Virus record (IMG/VR): IMGVR_UViG_3300034351_000048
Coordinates: 16,225 to 80,224 of that record
Origin: a virus
Reading direction: 5' to 3' (one strand)
DNA length: 64,000 bases
Position numbers and translations under genes: made by a program. Of this stretch, positions 32,020 to 40,944 are shown piece by piece (position 1 is the first letter of the stretch; every line of letters starts with the position of its first letter). The notes beneath the pieces were generated by a model. That model worked only from the letters and a program-made list of their open reading frames with translations, was not told the DNA's origin and made no database searches.

Positions 32020-32666
32020 TGAATACAAATGGAGGTAAAATAATGAAAAACTTTTTATTTAAACTATATTTGGTTTTTTCTTATATATATACATATATGA
32101 TAATTCTATTTACAACAATAATATTTAATTTATATTATTTTATTAAATTTAAAAAAATGGGTGTATATAATAAGAAAAAAAATGATTTGTTATATATGAT
32201 AAATCACGTTAAAAATATACAAGATATGTTTGATTTACAAAAAACTCTTATACCAAATTATTATAATGATCCCTTATTTGGGGCATTAAATTGGTTTTCA
32301 ACAACATTAATAACATATCTTAGAACTTTTTATTTAAATCTTGAAAAACATTCCAAAAATTGTTATGAATACGCAAGAATTATAAAAGATGTTATAGATA
32401 AAAGTGATTTAGGAGAAACTTATTTTAAAACAGAATTAGTAAGTTTACTTTCTTATAAACCTTTTATAAAATACAATCATGTTATTACACTTGCGTATAG
32501 AAAAAGCTCTACAAATAAAACTGTTGTGGATGTTTTTTCACCTTACGATTTAATTGAAACTGTTTTAGAAGAAGATTTAAAGAGTAAATTATATAAAATA
32601 ATGGAAAAATATTTTGAAAAAGACAATGTAAAATATATTCCATATTATTTAAGAATATTGTTTTAG
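32019..32666 (+). CDS. membrane-anchored protein with putative transglutaminase/papain-like triad
   Basis: N-terminal TM; NCYEYA...NHVIT...VDV. Confidence 0.5.
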   Translation: MNTNGGKIMKNFLFKLYLVFSYIYTYMIILFTTIIFNLYYFIKFKKMGVYNKKKNDLLYMINHVKNIQDMFDLQKTLIPNYYNDPLFGALNWFSTTLITYLRTFYLNLEKHSKNCYEYARIIKDVIDKSDLGETYFKTELVSLLSYKPFIKYNHVITLAYRKSSTNKTVVDVFSPYDLIETVLEEDLKSKLYKIMEKYFEKDNVKYIPYYLRILF

Positions 32667-32669
32667 AAT

Positions 32670-32963
32670 TTGGAGGAAACAATGGATAAAGAAAATAAAA
32701 AAGTAAAAATATTTAATTTATTACTAGTACTTATAGGCATTTTATGTACAAGTTTAGCGATACTTGTTATATCCACAGGTATATTCGGGTTAGACTTGGA
32801 AGCCAATACCTTAATAGAATTTGGGGATGAGATTAATAATAAAGACGAAAGCTTGAAACAAGATAGAACCTTTGAAAATGTAGAAGGGGATGATTATTTA
32901 TATAAATTTGAGATAGATTCTAATAAGAACTCTCAATTCTTAAAAAATTACAACAAAAAATAA
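32670..32963 (+). CDS. single-TM membrane protein (holin candidate)
   Basis: One hydrophobic helix; lysis-region position. Confidence 0.45.
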   Translation: MEETMDKENKKVKIFNLLLVLIGILCTSLAILVISTGIFGLDLEANTLIEFGDEINNKDESLKQDRTFENVEGDDYLYKFEIDSNKNSQFLKNYNKK

Positions 32964-32981
32964 TAAAAAGTTGGAGGAAAT

Positions 32982-34103
32982 ATGAAGAAGATAGATAAAA
33001 AATCTTTGATAACATCTATAATTTCTATTGTTTTACTTATCCTATCTTTAGTATTTAGTAATAAAGTAAAATTGAAAATGGAATTATCTGTTCTACATAC
33101 AGAATCATCTATAGTTATAGAAAAAGATAATAAATTATATAAACCAATAGATGGGCTGAATGAAAAAGATGGAATAAATGACGTATTAGAAATAGAATTA
33201 GCATTAAACAATACAAAATTATATTATCCAAATGTTGTTAATAATAAAATAGAAGAAGATGATATAAAATTAATTGAAGAATTTAACGATTTTTATTTTA
33301 TAGATAAAGAAGTAGATACAGAGGATATTTTAAAAGATGTAAATTTTTTGAATAGATTGTATGAATTAACCACAAAAATTATAAAAAGAAATGACACCAA
33401 ATATTTGAATCAAAGGTTAAGTAGTGATCCTAAAATAGCTTATAATAGTTGTGTTCCTTATTCAGCAACAATTGGGTTGCAAACACTTGGTATTGATATA
33501 AATCCAGATGATTTAACACATTATTTCAAAGGGGAATTAAAAGAATATGCTTTACAATACCATAGCATTGTAGATTATGCAGTTAGAAATTATGGAAACT
33601 GGATTGAAACTTATGTAAGAGATAGAAAACTATACCAAATATTTGGTGTTTTAAAATATGGCATAAATATCCACCCTAAAGTGATGAAATCAAAATATTA
33701 TTTAAAATTTGGTTATAAGAATATAAACTGGATAGAAAACTATATAAACAAAAATAACACAGGGTTAGTTATAAGCACATTTTTACCTTATTTAGTAGAT
33801 AACAAATGGGAACCTGAGAATAAAACTAAATTTAAGGGGGGGCATGCTGTTTATTTAAGAGATATATTATCTTTAAATATAAAGGAAAATGATTATACAA
33901 GTAAAGAAATTCTCGGTGTTATTTTACAAGATCCTTTCGGTAATCCTAATACTAATTATGATTTATTAGATGGACATGGAGTATTATTAAGAATAGACAA
34001 GTTTCAAAAATGTGTAAAAACAGACTTAACCGATAATAGGAAATTCTATAGTAGTGATGATGAAATTCGGGTTTTATATTGGGATTTAAAAACAAATTAT
34101 TAA
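32982..34103 (+). CDS. signal-anchored C39-like cysteine peptidase, endolysin candidate
   Basis: YLNQR...NSCVPYS, GGHAV, QDPFG; N-terminal hydrophobic anchor. Confidence 0.7.
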   Translation: MKKIDKKSLITSIISIVLLILSLVFSNKVKLKMELSVLHTESSIVIEKDNKLYKPIDGLNEKDGINDVLEIELALNNTKLYYPNVVNNKIEEDDIKLIEEFNDFYFIDKEVDTEDILKDVNFLNRLYELTTKIIKRNDTKYLNQRLSSDPKIAYNSCVPYSATIGLQTLGIDINPDDLTHYFKGELKEYALQYHSIVDYAVRNYGNWIETYVRDRKLYQIFGVLKYGINIHPKVMKSKYYLKFGYKNINWIENYINKNNTGLVISTFLPYLVDNKWEPENKTKFKGGHAVYLRDILSLNIKENDYTSKEILGVILQDPFGNPNTNYDLLDGHGVLLRIDKFQKCVKTDLTDNRKFYSSDDEIRVLYWDLKTNY

Positions 34104-34113
34104 GGAGACAGTT

Positions 34114-34794
34114 ATGAGAAAGTTTATTATATATATATTAATTATATTTGCATTCATATTTTCCTCCATTTATGGATGTGATAAGGGGTATAACCCTGAT
34201 TTAGGCATACATGTAGATAAGAAATTAAGTTTTGAGTTAAACTCTATAGATTCTCAAAATCTTAAAAATAATATCTATAGCCTCACAAAAGATTACTACA
34301 AAAAAGGTTATACTTCTTATCTATTTTTGGATAGGTATTATAATATACCAAAATTAAATGATGATAGTGAAAAAAATGATTTGAAAGATATCTTGTTGGA
34401 ATTTGACAATAATTTTAAATATAGAGATGGAACGTTTGATTGTGATAAGTTTTCACGAATATTTCAAGCTTTCTGCATTCTGAGTAATAATGATGATATT
34501 ATTAAGAATGAAAAGATGCTTTCAATTGGTATTTTAAATTTCTATTATACCAATTTACATAATGAAAAATCAGGGCATAGTATTAATATTCTTGCTTACT
34601 TGAATGATAAAGATGAAATAGAAATAAGATTATTAGAACCTCAATTATTATCAACAAAATTTCTTAGATCATATGTAGACACATTTGAAGAAGATCAAAA
34701 GAAAAAAGATATAATTTTCCAATATGCTATTACTACAATAGATGATTATTTTGAAGATTTTAAAGATGTATATATAGGATTAATGTTATTTTGA
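34114..34794 (+). CDS. lipoprotein with papain-like (agglutinin C-terminal type) domain
   Basis: Lipobox IYGC; FDCDKFS...GHSIN...LEPQ. Confidence 0.65.
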   Translation: MRKFIIYILIIFAFIFSSIYGCDKGYNPDLGIHVDKKLSFELNSIDSQNLKNNIYSLTKDYYKKGYTSYLFLDRYYNIPKLNDDSEKNDLKDILLEFDNNFKYRDGTFDCDKFSRIFQAFCILSNNDDIIKNEKMLSIGILNFYYTNLHNEKSGHSINILAYLNDKDEIEIRLLEPQLLSTKFLRSYVDTFEEDQKKKDIIFQYAITTIDDYFEDFKDVYIGLMLF

Positions 34795-35435
34795 AAAAAT
34801 TTAAAGAAATCCTAAAAAAAGTTTGGGAATTTATAAAAAAACATCTCGATAAAATAATAATTATTGGGGTTATATTAATTTTAATATTAAATATTTTTAA
34901 TTTAAATAAAACTAACCCCGATATATCTAAACTTGAAAAAACGATTGAAGAACAAAGAAAAAAATTAGATAAAAAAGATAGCGAATTACAAGTAAAAATC
35001 CAAGAACTTAAAAATAAGAGCTCAGAATCAGAACTTTTTAGGCAAAAAGGTATACAATTACTAAACGAGTTAAAAAGTGCTAAAAATGATAGTAATTTTA
35101 ACGCCTATTTGAATTATTTTACATTTGCTTCTGAGTTTTCTATTTTTAACGAGAATTTTGCTAAAGAAAATGAACAAACTTATATAATGCTTACTGGATA
35201 TTATAACGAATTAGTTGTATATGATAATCAACTAAAAGAATATAAAAAAGCTGTAGACACACAAATATATAAATTATCTGTAATACCTTATGTAATGGGT
35301 TGGAAATCAGATAAGTTTTATATAGGTGGTGGAATAGATTTAAGAGTTCCTATTAACTATAAATTTGCTATTATTGGAGGGGTTGGATATTATAATCAAC
35401 CTTTTGTTAAAATTGGAATTGATATAAAATTTTAA
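34791..35435 (+). CDS. spanin-like protein: N-terminal TM, coiled coil, C-terminal beta strands ending in Phe
   Basis: Sequence topology; last gene of the lysis block. Confidence 0.55.
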   Translation: MKKFKEILKKVWEFIKKHLDKIIIIGVILILILNIFNLNKTNPDISKLEKTIEEQRKKLDKKDSELQVKIQELKNKSSESELFRQKGIQLLNELKSAKNDSNFNAYLNYFTFASEFSIFNENFAKENEQTYIMLTGYYNELVVYDNQLKEYKKAVDTQIYKLSVIPYVMGWKSDKFYIGGGIDLRVPINYKFAIIGGVGYYNQPFVKIGIDIKF

Positions 35436-35440
35436 TTTAA

Positions 35441-35770
35441 TTATATTCCTATACTTGTATCTGATTTTGTATTACTATTATCTACGATATTATGAGTTAC
35501 TTTACACTTATCATCAAATATATCACTCCAAGTATTATTTGGATATTCACAATCTTGAAATTTACAATCCTTAATAATACAATTATCAAAAGAAGCTTTC
35601 TTAAAGTCGCAATTTATGAATCTCATATGTTTGAATGTAATGTTTTCAAAAACAGTTGTAATAGTTTCGTTTTCGATTGTTTCATTTTCAAAAGTTGTAT
35701 TATTCCCGATAAAATAAAGTTCACTTTTCCCATCTATTTTATCGAACTCTAAAAATTTTTTAAAAGTCAT
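35441..35770 (-). CDS. pentapeptide-repeat protein
   Basis: TVFEN ITFKH MRFIN CDFKK ASFDN CIIKD CKFQD. Confidence 0.8.
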   Translation of the reverse strand: MTFKKFLEFDKIDGKSELYFIGNNTTFENETIENETITTVFENITFKHMRFINCDFKKASFDNCIIKDCKFQDCEYPNNTWSDIFDDKCKVTHNIVDNSNTKSDTSIGI

Positions 35771-36144
35771 TATTTATTCTCCTTATTTGAAATCTTTTCC
35801 ATAAAATTTTCTAATACACTTTTACATATAAATAACATATCGTTTTGTGTATAAAAATCTTCGTAAAATTTGATTTTTATTTTTCTTATTTCGACAAATT
35901 TAGATAAATTCTCATCTTCATAAATATTTTCTATAATTTCAAAATGTGAATCATTTATATCTATAAATCCATGACTGAATATGATTTCATATGATTTCTC
36001 ATTTTCATAAAAATATTCTAAATATAAATATTGAGCTTTATCAGAAAAAGACATATCTCTTTCTATCTTAATATTTGGGTTATATTTATATATTATATTT
36101 CTGAATTCATTTTTTGTCTTATGTATAAAATCTAAATTATCCAT
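35770..36144 (-). CDS. hypothetical protein
   Basis: Coupled ORF with AAGGAG SD. Confidence 0.7.
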   Translation of the reverse strand: MDNLDFIHKTKNEFRNIIYKYNPNIKIERDMSFSDKAQYLYLEYFYENEKSYEIIFSHGFIDINDSHFEIIENIYEDENLSKFVEIRKIKIKFYEDFYTQNDMLFICKSVLENFMEKISNKENK

Positions 36145-36914
36145 TATCGATTCTCCTTACCGAATAATTCAGAAGCTAAATCATACAAATCTTTTAATTT
36201 ACCATTTTGATCTATAATATCTAATTTTGTTAATTTACCTGTTTCTTTTTGTTTTCTTTCTCTTGCGTATACATCAAAATGATATCTATACTTGAACTGT
36301 AAATATAACTTTTTCCAAGTATCATGCATACTCAAATATTTAGTTTGAGCGTATGTTCTAACAATAAGATTAATTTTTGATCTTGTAGTTAATTCATTTG
36401 CATTGTCATGAGAAAGGGGTAATTCATTAAAAGTATTCTCGTTTTCTTCCTGAACTTGTTTTATAGAATTTACATCTTCTTGTAATTTTAGCATGTTTTC
36501 TTCATGTTCAACTAATTTATTTACACAAGCTTGTAAAGCATATATATTAGACAAATCAGGCCTTTCTATTTGTTTTTCTTGTATTTCTTTTAATTTAAAG
36601 TAACTTTTAACAAGTTTATTATAAACATCCCATGCCTCAGGAGTCCCAATACTTTTAGCGTGTTTTAAGGCTCCTGATTCTGTCCATAGATATATAGGGC
36701 GTTTTCCATTTTTGTTATCTTGAAATTCACGATAACTATTATCACTAAATGATATAATCAAATAATCAATATTTTCAATATATTTCTCATTGTTTCTATT
36801 AAAATTGTAACTTATAATTTTTGTATCAACACCATAAAATTCTGCTAATTCTTTAGTTGTTAATACAATAGTGTCATTATATTGTTTTTGATTTAATTTT
36901 GAAATGTCGGTCAT
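36144..36914 (-). CDS. antirepressor-like protein, ORF6N domain + distinct (ORF6C-like) C-terminus
   Basis: N-terminus closely similar to the 895-1644 gene; true start 36914 (AGGAG SD, MTDISKLNQKQY). Confidence 0.85.
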   Translation of the reverse strand: MTDISKLNQKQYNDTIVLTTKELAEFYGVDTKIISYNFNRNNEKYIENIDYLIISFSDNSYREFQDNKNGKRPIYLWTESGALKHAKSIGTPEAWDVYNKLVKSYFKLKEIQEKQIERPDLSNIYALQACVNKLVEHEENMLKLQEDVNSIKQVQEENENTFNELPLSHDNANELTTRSKINLIVRTYAQTKYLSMHDTWKKLYLQFKYRYHFDVYARERKQKETGKLTKLDIIDQNGKLKDLYDLASELFGKENR

Positions 36915-37020
36915 GTTAAGACTCCTATTAAATAAAATATCATTCATTATAAAATGAAAGGGGATAAAAATTTCATTTAATAGGATTAGAGAATTATCCC
37001 GGTTTCCTAATCCTATTAAA
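36915..37020 (-). ncRNA. structured 5' leader, copy L2 (loop GGGAUAA / bulge UUAUCCC)
   Basis: Perfect 14-bp stem 36976-37020; its 3' arm alternatively pairs 16 nt over the SD. Confidence 0.8.
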
Positions 37021-37080
37021 AATCTATGTAAAATAAACCCCGAAGTATATAGATCGTAAATGAGGTGGTATCGGGGTTTA
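37021..37080 (-). other. GC-rich hairpin (UAAACCCCGA/UCGGGGUUUA) with potential pseudoknot, between tRNA-Leu and L2
   Basis: 10-bp perfect stem followed by UUUU; loop GAUCUAU complementary to downstream AUAGAUU. Confidence 0.55.
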
Positions 37081-37136
37081 TACTAAAAAATATTAAAGGA
37101 GATCAAATGAAAAAATTAATTTTCAATATTAGAAAA

Positions 37137-37220
37137 TGCGAAGTAAAGGAATCGAACCTTCAAGCTCTTACGAGCGGCAGATTTTAAGTCTGTTGCGTTT
37201 ACCTGTTTCGCCAACCTCGC
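37137..37220 (-). tRNA. tRNA-Leu(TAA)
   Basis: GCGAGGT acceptor, TGGCGAAACAGGTAAACGC D-arm, loop CTTAAAA, long variable arm, AAGGTTCGATTCCTT T-arm; CCA not encoded. Confidence 0.92.
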
Positions 37221-37279
37221 AAAATTACCACTTAACGTGGTAAAAACAATTTGCCAAAAAGTATTTTTATCATAATTTA

Positions 37280-37362
37280 AATATACTAAATTAGATTAAA
37301 ACAGTCAAATTTATTTTAAATAAAATTTAAAAGTTGACTTTTTATAATCATTTTAGTATATT
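37280..37362. promoter_or_regulatory. back-to-back divergent promoters (minus 37280-37308; plus 37334-37362)
   Basis: Both TTGACT-N17-TATATT. Confidence 0.8.
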
Positions 37363-37381
37363 TAAATTGTGGAGGTGAAAT

Positions 37382-38146
37382 ATGATAGATAAAGATAAAT
37401 TAAGATTATCACCAACAAAAATTTTATTATACCAACAATGCCCTTATAAATTTAAAAAACAGGTTATAGATAAAGATTATAAACCTTCAATATGGTTAGA
37501 TTTAGGATCAGTTACACATGGTATTATTGAAGAACTCACAAAAAATCGTATGGAAAAAGATACAAGTTTTATAAATTTGTTTATAGATGATTATTTAGAT
37601 AAAACAGAATATAATAATACAGAAAAACAAGAAATTAAAAAAACATCCACAAATATGGTTGATACTTGTTATAATTCTATAGATGATTTTATAAGGAAAT
37701 TGGAAGATTATTATGTAGAAATGTGGTTTGAAACTAATTTAAATGGATTTAAGTTTGTAGGTAAATCAGATTTAATAGGTAAATCCAAAAACGGTAATTA
37801 TTATATTGTAGATTACAAAACAAGTAAACCAAATAAAAAAACAGGTTTACACTATGAAACGGATTTTGACCAATGGTTAATGTATGCTCTATTGTTTAGA
37901 ATAGATAAAAGATTAGAAGGATTGAACCCTATTTGTAGGGCTTGGTATTTAAGAACTAATACCATACATGAAAAAAAGTTCACAAATGATGATATAGATA
38001 AAATATTTATAAAAGCTCATTGTATATTGGATATGATAGACAATGACATATATAATTACAATAAAAGCGGTGAGCGAAAAGGATTTCACCCAAAAAGAAA
38101 CAAATTTTGTAATTGGTGTGATTATAATAGGATATGCAGGAGGTAA
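37382..38146 (+). CDS. PD-(D/E)XK RecB/Cas4-like nuclease with Fe-S cysteines
   Basis: LSPT..L..QCP, G.SD.I...IVDYKTS, Q..MYA, CNWC....C. Confidence 0.88.
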   Translation: MIDKDKLRLSPTKILLYQQCPYKFKKQVIDKDYKPSIWLDLGSVTHGIIEELTKNRMEKDTSFINLFIDDYLDKTEYNNTEKQEIKKTSTNMVDTCYNSIDDFIRKLEDYYVEMWFETNLNGFKFVGKSDLIGKSKNGNYYIVDYKTSKPNKKTGLHYETDFDQWLMYALLFRIDKRLEGLNPICRAWYLRTNTIHEKKFTNDDIDKIFIKAHCILDMIDNDIYNYNKSGERKGFHPKRNKFCNWCDYNRICRR

Positions 38147-38147
38147 T

Positions 38148-39044
38148 GTGGCAAATATTCTTAAAGAATTAAATGGTGTAAATTATCATACAATTGGAAA
38201 GTATCTTGGAAGTAATAAAGAACATATATTCTACCTTGTATATTTGGATGAGGAACAAAAATTACAAAAAAGAATTGAAGAAAACAAAGATAAAATATAT
38301 TCTGATATAATACGAATACCTATACAAAGCTTTATAGATAATGATGTGTTTAAAAAGTGGAGTTCTAAAGATATTGTAGTTGATTATTTCAGTGATAAAA
38401 CAAAAATAGAAAAAAAATTAGTAAATGATTTTATAGATGGAAAAGAAAATTCTTATGAAATAGCATTAGAAATAAATAGGTATATAAAATTCTTTGATTG
38501 TGAGTTAAAATCTATACATAGAAATAAATCGTTAAAAGAACAAAAAAAACAAAAGATAAGAGTTATAATGAACCGATTGTTTGATTTATTCTATGATTAC
38601 AATATATCTTTAAAATCTTTTATTATGATAATGGAATCAAGCAAAGGTAAACTCTATAATGCTGTAAATAATTATAGAATTAGTAGAAATATACAACAAC
38701 ATTTAAACCTATTTTTACATGATTTTCCTACTAAATATGAAGAAAAGAAGAGATTATTTTTAGAATATATTGAACTATACAAAGATGTTAAAAACATGCT
38801 ATGTGTTTATAGAGACAAAATAAATAAAGAGAGATTTAAGCTAAACTATCAATACTACAAAATATTTTTAGATACTCCTATAGTAAAGGTTCAAAAGCTT
38901 ATGGATATTTATACATACGTGAGAAATAGAGGTTTAATGTCTGTTGATGAGCCTTTAAGATTAAATTTTAATGAAAATATAGAGAAGTTGAAAGTCTTAA
39001 ATCAAATTGCGGATATAAAAGAATTTAAAGATTTGGCTTTGTAA
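38148..39044 (+). CDS. hypothetical protein
   Basis: Track ORF 38043; GTG at 38148 has a GGAGG SD. Confidence 0.7.
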   Translation: MANILKELNGVNYHTIGKYLGSNKEHIFYLVYLDEEQKLQKRIEENKDKIYSDIIRIPIQSFIDNDVFKKWSSKDIVVDYFSDKTKIEKKLVNDFIDGKENSYEIALEINRYIKFFDCELKSIHRNKSLKEQKKQKIRVIMNRLFDLFYDYNISLKSFIMIMESSKGKLYNAVNNYRISRNIQQHLNLFLHDFPTKYEEKKRLFLEYIELYKDVKNMLCVYRDKINKERFKLNYQYYKIFLDTPIVKVQKLMDIYTYVRNRGLMSVDEPLRLNFNENIEKLKVLNQIADIKEFKDLAL

Positions 39045-39061
39045 AAATATTTTATTTAAAT

Positions 39062-39089
39062 TTGACTTTTTTAAATTTATTGTTATATT
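39062..39089 (+). promoter_or_regulatory. promoter TTGACT-N16-TATATT
   Basis: Repeated promoter family. Confidence 0.65.
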
Positions 39090-39285
39090 TTAATATATAT
39101 TATTTATCATAGATTAATTAATTGCTTCCCATAACCTCTTTTAAAAAGAATTATGAGGAGTTGGAATTCAAAATCAATATCTTCAATAGAAGAAATAATT
39201 TGCTTTACATGCCTTTTATATGAGCTATGGTCGGAACTCATATGATAAAAATCTAAACACCTCTTAATTTTTCAAATAAAATTAC

Positions 39286-39313
39286 TTGACTTTTAAAATA
39301 GTTTTATTATTAT
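39286..39313 (+). promoter_or_regulatory. promoter driving leader L3
   Basis: TTGACT-N16-TATTAT immediately 5' of H1. Confidence 0.65.
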
Positions 39314-39319
39314 TTATAA

Positions 39320-39442
39320 GTATAAACTAAAAATTAACCAGATTAAGATATATACCGACTTTCTTAATCTTGTTAGTTTATATGTTGTCGGTACATCCAC
39401 CTTTGGTGGGTGAACATATTTTCTAACAAGGTGATAAAAACC
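39320..39442 (+). ncRNA. structured 5' leader, copy L3 (loop UACCGAC / bulge GUCGGUA)
   Basis: AGAUUAAGA/UCUUAAUCU stem; CUUGUUAG alternatively pairs CUAACAAG at the SD. Confidence 0.8.
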
Positions 39443-40126
39443 ATGTCAAATTTAATAAAAATAACAAATAACATCTCAATTGAAGAAATACTCTACAAAG
39501 GACAAAGAGTATTAACTTCAAAGCAACTTGCCGAAATTTACAATTGTAATGAAAGGCAAATCCGTCAAAACTTTAATAATAATAAGGATAAATTTATTGA
39601 AGGTAAACATTATGTTAAGCTTATTGGAGAAGATTTAAAAGAATTTAAGAAAGATATTAAAACAAAAAATTTAGTAAATAAATACACACCTGAATTAAAT
39701 TTATTCACTTTGAAAGGTTGCTTATTACAAAGTAACTTCATTACATCTATCAATGATAAAAATTTACAGTCTATTTATAAATATTTTGGGGTTGAAAATA
39801 ATCTTACAATAGGTAATTCTATTCAAAGAACAGAGTATTATTATTTAGATGAACTTAGAAAGGCTTTCGATGGAATATTTGATATAACTTCACAATTGAC
39901 TATAGGAATGTATAGAATAGATTATTACATACAGAAATACAATATAGCAATAGAATGTGATGAAAACAATCATAACGATAGAGATAGAGACTATGAAATA
40001 CAAAGAGAAAAGTTTATAAAAAAAGAATTAGGTTGTAAAATTATACGATTTGATCCTAAATTTATATCTATTGGAGAATTAATAAATAAAATCTTATGTG
40101 CTATAAAGGAGATGGATAATGAATAG
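39443..40126 (+). CDS. ORF6N domain fused to DUF559/Vsr-like endonuclease domain
   Basis: YKGQRVLTSKQLAEIY; Q..IG.YRID.Y....IAIECDE..H....R...I...LGC.IIRF; true start 39443. Confidence 0.8.
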   Translation: MSNLIKITNNISIEEILYKGQRVLTSKQLAEIYNCNERQIRQNFNNNKDKFIEGKHYVKLIGEDLKEFKKDIKTKNLVNKYTPELNLFTLKGCLLQSNFITSINDKNLQSIYKYFGVENNLTIGNSIQRTEYYYLDELRKAFDGIFDITSQLTIGMYRIDYYIQKYNIAIECDENNHNDRDRDYEIQREKFIKKELGCKIIRFDPKFISIGELINKILCAIKEMDNE

Positions 40127-40883
40127 TATTGTTAAAATAACTGAAAATATCATGATAGAGGAAATAATTTATAATGGCAAAAGAATGCTTACTTCAAAGC
40201 AATTAGCAAGTATCTATGATACAGAGTTGAAAAACATACAATATAACTTTAAATATCATGAAAATAAATTTATTGAAGGTAAGCATTATATTAAACTTTC
40301 TGGAAATGAATTAAAAGAATTTAAAGACTTACCTGGAATTTCAAGGTTAGTTTCTAAAAATACCCCCACGCTGGTTTTATGGTGTGAAGAAGGTGCCGTT
40401 TTAATGGCTAAAACTATAAACACAGATCAAGCATGGGAAGTTTCACATAAGCTTGTAAATTTTTATTTTGAAAATAAAGATCAAAAACAAATTCCTGAAA
40501 ACCTATCTAAACTTGAAATATTAAAGATGGCTTTGGAAAGTGAAGAAAAGAGAATAAAATTAGAAGAAGAAAATAAAAAATTACTTCCAAAAGCTGAATT
40601 TTACGATGCCGTTACACAAAGTGAAAACTGGACTTCTATTGGAAAAGTTTCAAAAATATTATCAATTAAGAATTTAGGTAGGAATAATTTATTCAAAAAA
40701 TTAAGAGAATTAGGATTATTAAGTCCTGAGAATGAACCTTATCAACCTGGTATTGAAGCTGGATATTTTAAAGTTATAGAAGAACCTTATGAAAAATCCG
40801 ACGGCAGTGTAGATATATACTACAAAACCGTCGTTTCTCAAAAAGGTATTGACTATATACTAAAAAAATTGAAAGAACAATAA
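40119..40883 (+). CDS. antirepressor-like protein, ORF6N + KilAC
   Basis: LTSKQLA..Y, LW.EEGA...AK...TD.AW; PKAEFYD...GRN.LF..LRE...GYF...QKG. Confidence 0.88.
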   Translation: MNSIVKITENIMIEEIIYNGKRMLTSKQLASIYDTELKNIQYNFKYHENKFIEGKHYIKLSGNELKEFKDLPGISRLVSKNTPTLVLWCEEGAVLMAKTINTDQAWEVSHKLVNFYFENKDQKQIPENLSKLEILKMALESEEKRIKLEEENKKLLPKAEFYDAVTQSENWTSIGKVSKILSIKNLGRNNLFKKLRELGLLSPENEPYQPGIEAGYFKVIEEPYEKSDGSVDIYYKTVVSQKGIDYILKKLKEQ

Positions 40884-40893
40884 TTGATAAACA

Positions 40894-40912
40894 ACCCCCT
40901 GGTGTAGGGGGT
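40894..40912 (+). other. intergenic GC-rich hairpin (no U-tract)
   Basis: ACCCCCT-GGTGT-AGGGGGT. Confidence 0.5.
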
Positions 40913-40944
40913 GTAACTATATTAACTTAGAGGAGATTTTACAT

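Noticed and set aside
37021-37136. Theta/HDV-like ribozyme in the tRNA 3' trailer
   Set aside because: I could not assemble the nested double pseudoknot by eye, and the hairpin is about 55 nt from the tRNA end
37382-38146. Cas4 as evidence of a CRISPR-Cas system
   Set aside because: No repeat-spacer array or other cas genes; stand-alone Cas4-like nucleases are common in phages
39320-39442. Leaders L1-L4 as pistol or other self-cleaving ribozymes
   Set aside because: The topology loosely recalls pistol (hairpin loop pseudoknotted to a downstream segment), but no conserved catalytic nucleotides are shared among copies, and overlap with the SD favours translational control; an Rfam scan is still needed
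39410-39442. Upstream starts given by the track for 36947, 39410, 48069, 38043, 50084 and 53964
   Set aside because: Downstream starts (36914, 39443, 48084, 38148, 50102, 54030) have properly spaced SDs, and 36914 and 39443 also align with paralogue N-termini; the first three extensions are leader RNA
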